A stretch of 64,000 nucleotides of DNA, from the IMG/VR virus record IMGVR_UViG_3300037761_000327, positions 9,660 to 73,659 of that record, one strand, 5' to 3'. How positions within the stretch are numbered: the first letter of the stretch is position 1; each line of letters opens with the position of its first letter. This document shows positions 40,573-50,592 of this stretch, one piece after another. Below the pieces are notes generated by a model. The model saw only the letters and a list, made by a program, of their open reading frames with translations, did not search any database and was not told the DNA's origin. The DNA comes from a virus (taxonomy: Duplodnaviria; Caudoviricetes). Both the position numbers and the translations under genes were made by a program.

Positions 40573-41343
40573 CTAAAATGGCAAATCATCGTCCTTCTCA
40601 GCCCCGGCCTTAGCTCCAGCCCTAGGCCTTCTAACGGACTTCTGCTCTTTTACAGCAGGTTTTTTCTCCTTCTCCTCCTTCTCCTCCTTCTCCTCCTTCT
40701 CCTCCTTCTCCGGTTCGGCCCCCTTGTCCTTGCTCAGGTCCGGCTTAAAATTCTCCTCCATAAACGAGGTCAATTGCTCATACAGATAGGCCTCTTGCTC
40801 GTCGTAGTTCCACTCCACCTTACGTCCTTTCTTGGTCTGTACCGGTTCCGGCATGTCTTCGTAGGTAAGGAAGTACTCGACCTTCTCGTCGTTCTGGTAC
40901 ATCTTGACACCATTTCTCTTCTTACCGTCGTCCGTCTCCATAGACCACAGGCCAAAGTTGATTTCCTCTCCAAGATTAAGGTTTCCGACCCTTCGGATGA
41001 AATCTTTCGACGTTCTGCTGAAAACATCTCCTAAAGAGACTATAAACTTCTCGTCTACATCCGTGAACTCTAGTTCCACAAAATCTCCCCAATCAGTTTC
41101 GCTGATAGTGATTCCGGTCAATAGGCCCTCTACGTCGTACACTACAAAGTAGTATACCGTTTGTCCTTCATTCCTTCCCTTGACCTTCTTCCTCTCTTGG
41201 ATTTTTTCGGGGTCGTAGCCAAAATACTCCAGCCTCTTTTCGAGGTCCTCACGAATAGTGTGCTCTAGTACTAACTGATTTGAATAGACTCCTAGATAAG
41301 TCTTGTTGGAAGAGCCTCCCCCTCCTCTGGTGTTCATGCCCAT
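40573..41343 (-). CDS. Putative single-stranded DNA-binding protein
   Basis: Acidic tail ending DDDLPF; in the replication module. Confidence 0.6.
   Translation of the reverse strand: MGMNTRGGGGSSNKTYLGVYSNQLVLEHTIREDLEKRLEYFGYDPEKIQERKKVKGRNEGQTVYYFVVYDVEGLLTGITISETDWGDFVELEFTDVDEKFIVSLGDVFSRTSKDFIRRVGNLNLGEEINFGLWSMETDDGKKRNGVKMYQNDEKVEYFLTYEDMPEPVQTKKGRKVEWNYDEQEAYLYEQLTSFMEENFKPDLSKDKGAEPEKEEKEEKEEKEEKEKKPAVKEQKSVRRPRAGAKAGAEKDDDLPF
40664..40710. repeat. 9-bp tandem repeat (TTCTCCTCC)n encoding EEK repeats
   Basis: Directly visible inside the SSB-like linker. Confidence 0.85.
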
Positions 41344-41372
41344 AGTAATTGAATTTAATTAAATGTTAATTT

Positions 41373-41921
41373 TTAGTAATCTTTAAAGGTTTTAATCCTA
41401 TTGCTGTAAAAAACATGGTCTACCTTCACATCATCTTTTTCGCTTTTTAGTACCCTTCTCCTTTTCTCAAAGAGGGCCTTACTCCTTTCGTACTTCCGGT
41501 CCAAGGAAATCTTCCTCTTTTTCTTCGTCTCCGGGCTAAGCGTCTTGCTCCTGTTTACCTTGGCCATCTCCCCCCTTCTTTCATTGTAGATTTCGGTGGC
41601 CGTAGTTACCCAATACTCGATTTCCTTATCGATATTGATGACCCTTCTCGCCAATTGGACGAGTTTGTCATGGTCATTGTGTATCATTACGAGAGTCAGG
41701 GCCTTTACAAATCCCAATTCTAATACCTTCTCGGTAATAAGGGGGTCCACTTCTTCATAGTAGTCGTCGAACCTGACGTCCTTCCAAGAATATTCCCCCT
41801 TGATTGATTTGCTTACCCTGAACCCTTTGTGTATGTATACCGACTCCGTTCCGAAGTCGTAAGGGTGGCCTGCCAGCTCCGACTCGGCCATCTCGTAAAT
41901 TTTCTTGTATGTCTCCTGCAT
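41373..41921 (-). CDS. Hypothetical basic protein
   Basis: The track's TTG start lies inside a minus-strand TATATTTG box (41943-41950), so the ATG at 41921 is preferred. Confidence 0.6.
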   Translation of the reverse strand: MQETYKKIYEMAESELAGHPYDFGTESVYIHKGFRVSKSIKGEYSWKDVRFDDYYEEVDPLITEKVLELGFVKALTLVMIHNDHDKLVQLARRVINIDKEIEYWVTTATEIYNERRGEMAKVNRSKTLSPETKKKRKISLDRKYERSKALFEKRRRVLKSEKDDVKVDHVFYSNRIKTFKDY

Positions 41922-42066
41922 TAGGTGTCTGTGTGATTTGGACAAATATAGGGAATAAGATTCAGAACACCAAATAATTTAGGAAGTTTTTACGCTAAGA
42001 CATTTAACTTTAGACTAAACTTTATAGTCCCTAGAAATATGCCCATAATTAATATATCTTATTTAA

Positions 42067-42855
42067 TCACATCCTACCCCTCTCTCCTGAGTATAGCTCA
42101 GATACTAGGTCACTCTGCCAGTACTCCTTAGTGTCTACATCTAGTACTGTAAGCTTGCCATCCCATCCGCAACCCGTGTCGAGGTTCCAAACGTTCTGGC
42201 GGTTTACCGGTATAGTTATACCTTCCGACTTATCCGTTTGTAGTTCATACTCTCTTAAGTGCCTTTTAAGCTTCATTGCCGTGGTAGTGGTATGTCCTAT
42301 AAAAAGTTCGTTATGGGCCTCTACTTTCGCTCCCGAAAGTACTTGTGCCCACATGCTCCTGTCCCATACCCTTAGGTAAGGCAGGGTCCCGGCCACACCT
42401 TTCTCCCTGTCACAGCCGGCATGTACGAATGCGCGGTTTTTGTTATCCACGTAGTACGGATGAAGGTATTTGAAAAAGCTCCTGTGGCTGTCGAGGGATT
42501 CGGAACTCTTTCCGTTTTCTTCCCAAAAAGATGTGTATGACCTTAGAGTAGTTTTTCCTCCATTCTCCAACCAACCTTGTGGAATCGTACCGTAGATTAA
42601 AAACTCCCCTACCCACTGGTCGTGGTTGCCCTCCAGGCATATTACCGAATCTGGGTGCCTCATCTCAAACTTGGCCTTCTCCTTCAAACCTATTATAAAA
42701 TCCACTACCTCTGCCGACTGGCTCCAACCGTCCACATAGTCTCCCAAGAAGATGAGGTTATCTTTTTTGGAGTCGTATCCGCTCCTTTGAAGCACTTGGA
42801 CCAGTGCTTTTAGCGCGCCGTGGATGTCGGCGATTACTAAAGTTCTTGTCGCCAT
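42067..42855 (-). CDS. Metallophosphoesterase (NinI/PPP-like)
   Basis: DIHG, GDYVD, GNHD, VHAG, GHT, LDTG. Confidence 0.92.
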   Translation of the reverse strand: MATRTLVIADIHGALKALVQVLQRSGYDSKKDNLIFLGDYVDGWSQSAEVVDFIIGLKEKAKFEMRHPDSVICLEGNHDQWVGEFLIYGTIPQGWLENGGKTTLRSYTSFWEENGKSSESLDSHRSFFKYLHPYYVDNKNRAFVHAGCDREKGVAGTLPYLRVWDRSMWAQVLSGAKVEAHNELFIGHTTTTAMKLKRHLREYELQTDKSEGITIPVNRQNVWNLDTGCGWDGKLTVLDVDTKEYWQSDLVSELYSGERGRM

Positions 42856-42857
42856 AA

Positions 42858-43145
42858 CTACAGATTTTCTACTAGCCACTGTCCCAGCTCTTTATCGGAA
42901 TCGAATACAAATATCTCCGAAGCATCGGAAAGTTTGTCCAAAAGGGCCTCAATAGTATCTCCGCTGGTCTTATTACCGTGTCCGTAATTATTAGTGGGAT
43001 AACACGTTATGTACATTCCATTTTTTACCCTTACCACGAACGACCTTGTTCCGTCCTGAAATTCTACCCCTACTCTATCCGAGTCTCTTAGACTAGACAT
43101 TAATACAATATTGGCTTCTGGTAAAATTTTTACAACTTTTATCAT
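42858..43145 (-). CDS. Hypothetical protein
   Basis: Packed ORF. Confidence 0.6.
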   Translation of the reverse strand: MIKVVKILPEANIVLMSSLRDSDRVGVEFQDGTRSFVVRVKNGMYITCYPTNNYGHGNKTSGDTIEALLDKLSDASEIFVFDSDKELGQWLVENL

Positions 43146-43164
43146 AATATTTAACTGATTTTAA

Positions 43165-43623
43165 TTACAATCCAAACTCTGCTCCCATCCCCGTAACCAT
43201 CGACCACCCTGTCTCGGCGTCCCTGAAATGACCCCTTATAACAGGAGTCCATCCCAAGACCACTTTTGCCCTGCCTCCCACGCTGACCATTATATCCAGA
43301 CCGAAGGAGGGGTACAACCCTCCCGAAATCTGTTTTGCCACCCCGGCATTGGGCCTTAGCGTCAGCCCCTCGGCAATATTTACCTTGTGGTAAACATTAG
43401 CGGAGGACTGTTGAAAATTCCTGCCCCTTAATACTGCGTAGGTATAATCCACGCCCACTCCCGTATTCCCAAGGATATCTTGGTTCAAACCTATTGTACT
43501 GGCTATGCCAAGCCCTAATTTATTACTCTGCTCCAATACCCCGGGGCTTAGGTTCAGGGTAGTTTCTTGTGCACTGATAGTGGTGCATAAGGTCATTGCG
43601 ATAATACTGAATAATTTTTTCAT
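43165..43623 (-). CDS. Secreted, outer-membrane beta-barrel-like protein
   Basis: Signal peptide MKKLFSIIAMTLCTTISA-Q; alternating amphipathic strands; ends GAEFGL. Confidence 0.55.
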   Translation of the reverse strand: MKKLFSIIAMTLCTTISAQETTLNLSPGVLEQSNKLGLGIASTIGLNQDILGNTGVGVDYTYAVLRGRNFQQSSANVYHKVNIAEGLTLRPNAGVAKQISGGLYPSFGLDIMVSVGGRAKVVLGWTPVIRGHFRDAETGWSMVTGMGAEFGL

Positions 43624-43790
43624 GTTTGTGATTTTAGTTAATAATAATCTTGACACTTGGCGCAGCATCCTTGTAAAAAGTGATTATGTTGGTATTTAAA
43701 ATTTGGTATTTTAATAGCGTACCTCCCGACTAAAAATACAATCCTAGTTACTCCTTTTAGACTTAATTTCATGTCTTTTTTAATTAGGTT

Positions 43791-43952
43791 TTAAACGTTC
43801 AATAGCTTATCGCATACCACCCTTATCATATCCTCGGTGACTTCAAAAGGGTCCTCCCAAGGCTCTGGGTTAAGGATACTAAGGGCCTCCCCGAACCATT
43901 TTGCAGGTTTGTAGCCCAACTTTATTAAGTCGTTTCCTGTTACTTTCTTCAT
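43791..43952 (-). CDS. 53-aa protein with TGNDLIKLGYKP motif (not in ORF track)
   Basis: MKKVTGNDLIKLGYKPAKWFGEAL... translated by hand. Confidence 0.6.
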   Translation of the reverse strand: MKKVTGNDLIKLGYKPAKWFGEALSILNPEPWEDPFEVTEDMIRVVCDKLLNV

Positions 43953-43956
43953 GTCC

Positions 43957-44139
43957 TTATTTATTTTTTGACCATCTGTAGATTATTAAATGGATAAATG
44001 AGTAAAAAAGAGACTCAAATATATACCACCCCCAAGAGTCTCCATACTGCATGTGCTCCAACCCCCTGTGCAGTCCGAAAGAATGGGCTATAAGTGTCTG
44101 CAATGCTCCTGTAATCATAAATATTACAAATCTTTTCAT
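43957..44139 (-). CDS. Small membrane protein
   Basis: Two hydrophobic segments. Confidence 0.55.
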   Translation of the reverse strand: MKRFVIFMITGALQTLIAHSFGLHRGLEHMQYGDSWGWYIFESLFYSFIHLIIYRWSKNK

Positions 44140-44297
44140 ATCCTATAGTATTTAACCACCGGGGGAAGTCCCCAGTGTATCGGGTTATTGTTCACCTCTA
44201 TCCTCAACCATGTCAACCATGCCCAAGAGCCGCACTCCGTTATTACCGGATGCCAAGCGAACCAAGGTTCTGAGTAAGTCGTTTCGTCAAGTGTCAT
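44136..44297 (-). CDS. Trp-rich 53-aa protein (not in ORF track)
   Basis: MTLDETTYSEPWFAWHPV...; ATGA overlaps on both sides. Confidence 0.6.
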   Translation of the reverse strand: MTLDETTYSEPWFAWHPVITECGSWAWLTWLRIEVNNNPIHWGLPPVVKYYRI

Positions 44298-44584
44298 AAG
44301 TCTTTGTGTTTTGTTATTAATGCCCTCATCAACCCCCTCTTGTGCTTAATTCCGAATAGTTCCAAGGGGAGGTATGGCGCATCTCCCCCTACTACCCTCT
44401 TATTGGCCAATCCCCCTTTGTCATAGTAGTTCCCGTCTATCTTTGTCACACAATGGTCGTTGTTGTAATATACCTCTCCTTGGAACTGTGAGGACAGTAG
44501 CAAAGCCACCAGATAGCACTGTGGCTCGGGAAACACTTCGTTTATCTTCAATATCTCGGCCAATACGTCGTATCTAATCATCAC
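44294..44584 (-). CDS. Hypothetical protein
   Basis: CY..A, DHCVTKIDGNYYD (possible Cys-His-Asp fold). Confidence 0.6.
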   Translation of the reverse strand: MMIRYDVLAEILKINEVFPEPQCYLVALLLSSQFQGEVYYNNDHCVTKIDGNYYDKGGLANKRVVGGDAPYLPLELFGIKHKRGLMRALITKHKDL

Positions 44585-45087
44585 ATTACAAAATATAAAT
44601 CCTTATCTTCGTTAAACGTCTCCCACGCCCTCGGTCTAAATGTGTCAACCCAAAACTCTTTGGGCAACAGCCTCTCGTCGCCGAAAGACGGCTCCTTGTA
44701 CCTATCCAATGGCACATAGTGTATCGAGTCCGGGCAGTTTTCTAGTATCCCTTTGATAGTGGCGTCGTCGAAGTGTTCTAGGACTCCGTGGGTCACTACT
44801 GTCCTGTCGCTTTCGAACCCTTTTATGTCCCGTACCATAAAAAGGCTGTCCGGAACATTTTTACAGGCCAGTGCTACCATATCCGGACAAAGGTCGAACC
44901 CTACCGTAAATATTCCGCGCTTGTTGAGGTATTTGGATACCGAACCTATCCCGCATCCCGCGTCGATAACGACTCCCCCTCCAAAAGCCCTAGTCAATAC
45001 CGTATCCAGAAAGGGTTGGTACCTCCTCTCGAAGTACTCTTGATAAGAGCTGTTCACCCTTTTCTCATAAAATTTGTGCCATTCCAT
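44581..45087 (-). CDS. Class I SAM-dependent methyltransferase
   Basis: VIDAGCGIG, GFD, HGVLEHF. Start reassigned to MEWHKF. Confidence 0.85.
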   Translation of the reverse strand: MEWHKFYEKRVNSSYQEYFERRYQPFLDTVLTRAFGGGVVIDAGCGIGSVSKYLNKRGIFTVGFDLCPDMVALACKNVPDSLFMVRDIKGFESDRTVVTHGVLEHFDDATIKGILENCPDSIHYVPLDRYKEPSFGDERLLPKEFWVDTFRPRAWETFNEDKDLYFVM

Positions 45088-45107
45088 AGCATCCTGTATT
45101 TGCTTAG

Positions 45108-45167
45108 AGGGGTATGCCGGATTCGAACCGACCCGTGGCAATATAGCCACGTACCCATTTATACCCT
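45108..45167 (-). ncRNA. tRNA-like element lacking a D arm
   Basis: Acceptor GGGTAT/ATACCC, T arm GTCGG-TTCGAAT-CCGGC, one central hairpin GTGGC-TATATT-GCCAC. Confidence 0.5.
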
Positions 45168-45178
45168 TACCTTATTCA

Positions 45179-45514
45179 CTAATCACAGTCGCAATCCGGA
45201 CCGCATATTCCACCAAAAAGGGATGCCAAAGTATTCTGTCTAAGCTCAGTATTCTCTACCACCATTATAATGGCCTGAGAGGTAATCTGAGATATGAACA
45301 GGTCTAAGTCCTTTCCGGTGAACGTGGACATTGCCCTGTCGTACACATCGGCAGAATTTACGCCTTCTTCGGATGTCCTGAGGTTCTCCAGCTCCCCTTC
45401 CATGAAGTCCACGTACTTTTTCTCGAAGTCTTTTATGGACTCGTCGTCAAAGCCTAGGATTTTTGGAAGACTCTTGGTACCCTCTTTCAAATTTTTGTTA
45501 ACTGCTACTCCCAT
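45179..45514 (-). CDS. Hypothetical protein
   Basis: Acidic; C-terminal CGPDCDCD. Confidence 0.6.
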   Translation of the reverse strand: MGVAVNKNLKEGTKSLPKILGFDDESIKDFEKKYVDFMEGELENLRTSEEGVNSADVYDRAMSTFTGKDLDLFISQITSQAIIMVVENTELRQNTLASLFGGICGPDCDCD

Positions 45515-45531
45515 AATTTAATCTTTGTTTT

Positions 45532-45978
45532 TTAAAGTTTTAATTCGATTAATTTTTTCCAAAGCTTGTACTTTCTGTAGTACTCCTCGGTCGCACTGAT
45601 TAGATGGCCCTGATATATTCCCCCATTGTGCCACCTTACTATAATCTCGTTACTGGGACGGACACCGTGTCTCTTTACGTACCTGTCGATACCCATTCGA
45701 GCGTATAGCTTAAAAACTTCCTCCGCACACTCCGCTTGGAACATGTCCTCGTGGGAGTAATAAGTGCCGTAATGCCTGTTTACATCCTTAACACACGCAC
45801 TTCGAATCTGTAATACTCCATAAGAACCTCCGCCGTCTCCTACCGCCATTGGGTCGTTATTCGACTCCACGTGTTTCAATACTTCCATAATTTCGTCCAA
45901 CGACAATGGTTTTGTGTTTGAAAAGGAGGGTGTCGGGGTTAAAAATAGTGTTAAAATTAATAATATAGCCTTTTTCAT
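45532..45978 (-). CDS. Lysozyme-fold muramidase/transglycosylase with signal peptide
   Basis: HVES, GDGG.SYGVLQI, WHNGG. Confidence 0.75.
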   Translation of the reverse strand: MKKAILLILTLFLTPTPSFSNTKPLSLDEIMEVLKHVESNNDPMAVGDGGGSYGVLQIRSACVKDVNRHYGTYYSHEDMFQAECAEEVFKLYARMGIDRYVKRHGVRPSNEIIVRWHNGGIYQGHLISATEEYYRKYKLWKKLIELKL

Positions 45979-46550
45979 CCTATTGATTTACTTAAACTCT
46001 TGCACCGTTCTGCATAAGGAGGTACCTCGCCTTTAATAGTAAACCGAGTCAAACCTACAAAAAATAAACCGGACTACCAAATAAACGGGTTACTTTTTAA
46101 GATTATCGCGGCTATTCCTACAAGAACGGCCTGTAAAAGAGACCATCCAAAATTGTCGAGAGAACTTCCGGTGTCCTCTTTTTTCTTCTTCTGTGCGTAT
46201 ATTGCCGCATATATTAAAAGTGCTGCGACTGAGTCCAGAATCATTTATTCGTACGTTTTAATTCGTTACTTATTCCTTGTAGGGTATTTACGACCTTCTT
46301 TAAGAGGGCTATAATCCACTTAAGCTCGTCCATTATTAGAACCAGCATAACTACCAATACTAACAGAAATACTATTATTACTACATTCATATCACAATAT
46401 TTGAAGATTTTATATTATTTTGTACCCACTTATGGGCCACATCGTAGGCTATTATCAGTAACGGAAGCTCCCTCGGAAGGTCCGGCCTTATGTCCACATT
46501 CACGCCCTTGGTCCAATGTATGTATACCTGTACCGTGGCAATCATTTTTT

Positions 46551-46829
46551 CTATTTCCATTTTGACAATGTTTTAATATTCACTTGGTCCTTGGTACCGT
46601 AGTCGTCCTTGTGGGTAAATCCCCACCTGAGCGACCTAGACCCGTCCGATTTAAGCGAGCTGCCGATAAAGAACCTTCTGTAGGTCTCCGTGGGCTCGTC
46701 CCACCCCCTTCCGCGCTGCTTGACGGTTATATCCACCATAGCCTTGCTCTTAGGGGGCGAGCCGTCCACGAATACCCTACCGTAATGCTCGTGCAGGGCG
46801 TAGTTTCCTACGAAGTCGGATACTTTCAT
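46551..46829 (-). CDS. Hypothetical protein
   Basis: Coupled ORF. Confidence 0.55.
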   Translation of the reverse strand: MKVSDFVGNYALHEHYGRVFVDGSPPKSKAMVDITVKQRGRGWDEPTETYRRFFIGSSLKSDGSRSLRWGFTHKDDYGTKDQVNIKTLSKWK

Positions 46830-47074
46830 TTTACCTCCACGGACACGGTCGTCCTAGCATCGTGGTCGAAATAACTGAACTTCTTCACACTGCCTGTGAT
46901 AACTACCTCGTCCTTAATGGGCGCCTCTACGAGCCCCGTTCCGTCGAAAGTATCCCCTATTTCACTTTCGCTCCAAGCTTTGGGGTTGACGCATTTACCG
47001 TTTATGAAATGATTTACCCTGCTATCCAATTTCTCTACGTTCCCGTAGGCATCCCTGTATCTGGTGTTGAACAT
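46826..47074 (-). CDS. Hypothetical protein
   Basis: ATG with A-rich leader. Confidence 0.55.
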   Translation of the reverse strand: MFNTRYRDAYGNVEKLDSRVNHFINGKCVNPKAWSESEIGDTFDGTGLVEAPIKDEVVITGSVKKFSYFDHDARTTVSVEVK

Positions 47075-47099
47075 TTTGATAGTGTTTTAATTGTTAAAA

Positions 47100-48431
47100 T
47101 CAATCTTCGTTGTTGGTCACGGGAAGTTCCTCTACCCACTCACTGTCCTCGTCAAGGACCCATCCTGCCAAGTCGTAGGCTTCGTCCACATCGACAATCC
47201 TTACGTCCATGTCCAAATCCTCTACCCACATTACTTCGTCTTCGGGATAATAGTCGTTGTTGAAATCACAGTAACGGGTGTCCTCTTTGTGGTACCACAT
47301 ATTTTCGGAGTCTACGTAGGTTATTTCGTCGGACCCCTCGTACACCATGACGTACCTGTTCGTACAGACACAATGTTCGTATAGGTACCATTCTCCGTCT
47401 ATGGAGCACTGGGTAGCATTGTCCACGTGGGTATGTACATCCCTATAACCAAGGTACACAGCTTCGTCCCTGTCGATATAGCAATCATTTGCCTCATCGT
47501 ACACCCTATCCTCGTTGTCTTCACATTCCTGACTCTCCGGCTCGGTCTGGGCATAAATCTCGTAGTCTCCGTCGTCATATGCCATTATCGAACCATCATC
47601 CCAACAACAGAACGTATCCATGTAGGGTATTGGCTTAAAGTCGGTGTCAACGGATATCCTAGCTTTTATTTCACATACCTTATCGTCCGGACCAATCCAA
47701 GTAGGGAAACAGGGGTCTTGGCAAGATTTTCTGTACCAACCGTTCGTCCTTGCGAGCATCTTGAACGCCTCTGTGATATAATCGTTGGCGTATATCCTGT
47801 CCAAAAATTTCCTTCCCTCCTTGTCTGTCCAAAGGAGTGCCCTTCCCCTTATCAAATCCTCGTCCGGGTCCGGCGACCTCAGTATCACCATTTGGCAATT
47901 TTCGTTATTGGCATAGAACTCTGTGGCCCTTTGGCACGCCCCTTCGTGCCTCATACAGGAGGAGCCCAAGCTTCCAATATTGAACTCGTAGTCGTAATTT
48001 TCGCCAAGATAGTACTTGGTGATATCATCCCCGCTCACGATTGCGAACTCCCCCTCTACCGTGTATCTAGCTTTGAGGGAGTTTACTATTGCCTCCAGTT
48101 CGCTGGCCTTTATCAGTTTGGGCTCTACACCGTTCTCGACCAAGAGTTTTCTTAAGACCTTGCCATAGCTGCCCGACTGCCTGTTATCGCTTTTCCAAGT
48201 AGGTGGGAAAGTATGCGTATTGGCTATGCAATCCTTCCCTTTTGGCAAAAAAGTCATCTCGCCCTTGTTGTTCACGGTGACGTTCTTCATACCTTTTCCG
48301 GTAGCCTCTGTTTTGTAGATGTTGAAAAGCATGTCCACCAAGGTATTATTGTTGACGGAAAGTATTTTTTCCATCAGGCTACTGCTTATGTGCTGATTTT
48401 CTACCGGCACGTTAATGACCTCTATACTCAT
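47100..48431 (-). CDS. Hypothetical protein (SCMR / GRALLW / DRIY / PYMD motifs, Cys-acidic C-terminal repeats)
   Basis: Start MSIEV overlaps the peptidase stop (ATGA). Confidence 0.65.
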   Translation of the reverse strand: MSIEVINVPVENQHISSSLMEKILSVNNNTLVDMLFNIYKTEATGKGMKNVTVNNKGEMTFLPKGKDCIANTHTFPPTWKSDNRQSGSYGKVLRKLLVENGVEPKLIKASELEAIVNSLKARYTVEGEFAIVSGDDITKYYLGENYDYEFNIGSLGSSCMRHEGACQRATEFYANNENCQMVILRSPDPDEDLIRGRALLWTDKEGRKFLDRIYANDYITEAFKMLARTNGWYRKSCQDPCFPTWIGPDDKVCEIKARISVDTDFKPIPYMDTFCCWDDGSIMAYDDGDYEIYAQTEPESQECEDNEDRVYDEANDCYIDRDEAVYLGYRDVHTHVDNATQCSIDGEWYLYEHCVCTNRYVMVYEGSDEITYVDSENMWYHKEDTRYCDFNNDYYPEDEVMWVEDLDMDVRIVDVDEAYDLAGWVLDEDSEWVEELPVTNNED

Positions 48432-49666
48432 TTTATTTTTGATTTTGATTTTGATAGTGAATGTGAATCTGAATTTACGTCCTCCTTGTCCAACCAATTA
48501 TTGAAGTACTCTTCGTCGAGTTCGTCCTCTAAGTCCGGCCCCGCATGGCTATAGATATTGGTATACTCGTCGCAGGCAAAGCACCAGTCCGCATCCTGAG
48601 CACTGTCGAACATTATTTCGTCCGTACCGCACTGGCTGCAACAGGTCTCGAGGTCATAATGCTCGAAAGCGTCCTCATCGGTAAAGTCTTCGGAGGAGGG
48701 GTAGTCCAGTTCCTGCTCTATCTTAACGCCATGCCTCTCGGACAGGTCTCTCCAAGACGACGCGCCCTGTCCGTACTTATAGCCTTCCCACCAATCCTGC
48801 TTGCTCTCCTCGCTCCAATCGGTGTAGTGCCTTTTTCCGCCGGCCCCCTTAGAACCTTTCCCCTTATGGGACTTGGCCTTGTACTTTCTCCGATCTACGT
48901 ACAGGCTGTTCTTCCACACCTTTCCGCCCAAAGAGGTTATTATAGCGAAGACCATGTCCCTAGTACTGAACACTTCGTTGAGGATTATGACCTCATCGTC
49001 GCAGTGTGGACGGTAATACCCACATGACATATTGGCCACGCAAACATCCAGACCGTTACTTACAAGCTGGTGCACGTCCGTAAGTCCGCCCTGATTGGTC
49101 TCCTTTTTTCCGTAGGTTTCCAATATGGTGGATATCGCCGAGGAGAAAGGCCTATCAAAAAGCTTATCCCCCAATATCGTGTTCACGAAATCCTTGTACC
49201 CCTGCCTGTCGCACTGTAGTACAAACTCTACGTTTTTGAACCAATTCATGTCGGCCTCGATACTTCCGAGGCATCCGTGCTCCTCGTCCCTGAAAAATGC
49301 AACTTTGATTACACCAACTTCCCTTAGCATCTCAAGTGCCACGTATATCCCTACCTTATCGTCTCCACCGACTCCCACTTGGAGCCCTTCGGACATGTCC
49401 ATTGCGAACATTATGTCGTCCTTTTCGAACACGGTAAAGTTATCGTGTATCTTGTGCACCGTATCCGTGTGCGCGATTACGCATGGGTACGTGTCGGCCT
49501 TTCCTTTCGTAATGTAGGTGTTACCGACCTCGTAGTGGAAGTCGAAGTTGTCCTCGTTGTCTTTAGACAGCTCCAAATACCGTTCATAGATGAAGTCGTC
49601 CATATCCTTGGTCGTATACGTTGCCGTCTGCACGGACATGACGTCCATCAGTCTTTCTTTGCTCAT
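48428..49666 (-). CDS. M20/M28-family zinc peptidase with C-terminal Zn ribbon
   Basis: AHTDTVH, GGDDKVG, DEEHGCLGS, QCDR, GYYRPH; CSQC...CFAC. Confidence 0.85.
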   Translation of the reverse strand: MSKERLMDVMSVQTATYTTKDMDDFIYERYLELSKDNEDNFDFHYEVGNTYITKGKADTYPCVIAHTDTVHKIHDNFTVFEKDDIMFAMDMSEGLQVGVGGDDKVGIYVALEMLREVGVIKVAFFRDEEHGCLGSIEADMNWFKNVEFVLQCDRQGYKDFVNTILGDKLFDRPFSSAISTILETYGKKETNQGGLTDVHQLVSNGLDVCVANMSCGYYRPHCDDEVIILNEVFSTRDMVFAIITSLGGKVWKNSLYVDRRKYKAKSHKGKGSKGAGGKRHYTDWSEESKQDWWEGYKYGQGASSWRDLSERHGVKIEQELDYPSSEDFTDEDAFEHYDLETCCSQCGTDEIMFDSAQDADWCFACDEYTNIYSHAGPDLEDELDEEYFNNWLDKEDVNSDSHSLSKSKSKIK

Positions 49667-49715
49667 TATGATAATAATTGTTTAATGATTGTTTTGGCAA
49701 TATTGCCGGTTTCAG

Positions 49716-49789
49716 TGGTAGGGGACGGATTCGAACCGCCATATCGGGCGCATCGGGCCCCGCGCTCTGACCAATTGAGCTACCCTACT
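49716..49789 (-). tRNA. tRNA-like gene with aberrant anticodon arm (possibly Ile-GAT pseudogene)
   Basis: Good D arm GCTC/GAGC and T arm GGCGG-TTCGAAT-CCGTC; loop CCGATGC lacks U33 and purine-rich 3' side. Confidence 0.55.
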
Positions 49790-49885
49790 TTTAAGATATT
49801 AATATAGCTCCACTACCAATTAAAATATGTATATAAAAACATGCCCAACATTCCTATCCATAAGAATGCATATGATACTACTTCC

Positions 49886-50245
49886 CTAGTCTTCTTTTTC
49901 ATAGTAAATATCTTCGTTATCGATTCCAAACTCCAGTTCTCTGTCCGTAGGTTCGTAGTCGTCCCAATCCAAGTTTTCCCACACTTCCTCTGTAGTCAAC
50001 ATCCCGTTCTTCCTCTCTTCCGCAAGGGATTTCCTAAGTCTTTTATCCCTCTCTGAGCAAGCTTCCACCCACTCTTCTTCCCATTCCTCTAGATTAAGGT
50101 TCTTGTCATCGTAGGATATGTGAAAGGTTTCGACGGGCCTTGATTGTCTCTTGTGAAATTCTAATCTGAAAAGCGCCTCTTCTAGAGTAAACCCTCCCTC
50201 GACGGTCTCTGACAACTTGCCTACGGTCTTTATTATGTTTCTCAT
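49886..50245 (-). CDS. Hypothetical acidic protein
   Basis: ATGA-coupled ORF. Confidence 0.6.
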   Translation of the reverse strand: MRNIIKTVGKLSETVEGGFTLEEALFRLEFHKRQSRPVETFHISYDDKNLNLEEWEEEWVEACSERDKRLRKSLAEERKNGMLTTEEVWENLDWDDYEPTDRELEFGIDNEDIYYEKED

Positions 50246-50592
50246 ATTCCCGATGTTTTGTTCTGTAGTTCCATTATAAGGTCTTCCAGTTGGAGTATCC
50301 TGCCCAACCTAACCCCGTCCTTGTGGTCGCTCTCCTCACTGGAAGGCATCGTGTCCTCTTGGTACCTCAACTTCTTTTGCAGCATTTCTATAATCCCTTC
50401 CTTATCCATGTCTTCCTCTTTTTCGTTCAAAAAATGTGTTACTATTTGATTGGTACAGCTCCAACTCGGACTCTTACCGGAGAAGGACAACGTCGCTTCT
50501 ATCCTATGTACATTGCCCATCGTGGTCTCAGTCTTGACCACGTACTTTCCTATGGGCGGGGGGTTGTCCCTGTCGTATTCGGTCCAGTTCAT
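50242..50592 (-). CDS. Hypothetical protein
   Basis: MNW...PP.GKYVV start; first gene after the repeat array. Confidence 0.6.
   Translation of the reverse strand: MNWTEYDRDNPPPIGKYVVKTETTMGNVHRIEATLSFSGKSPSWSCTNQIVTHFLNEKEEDMDKEGIIEMLQKKLRYQEDTMPSSEESDHKDGVRLGRILQLEDLIMELQNKTSGI

Noticed and set aside
45088-45150. N-terminal 21 aa of the methyltransferase ORF
   Set aside because: This is the translated tRNA-like element (VGSNP comes from the T arm).
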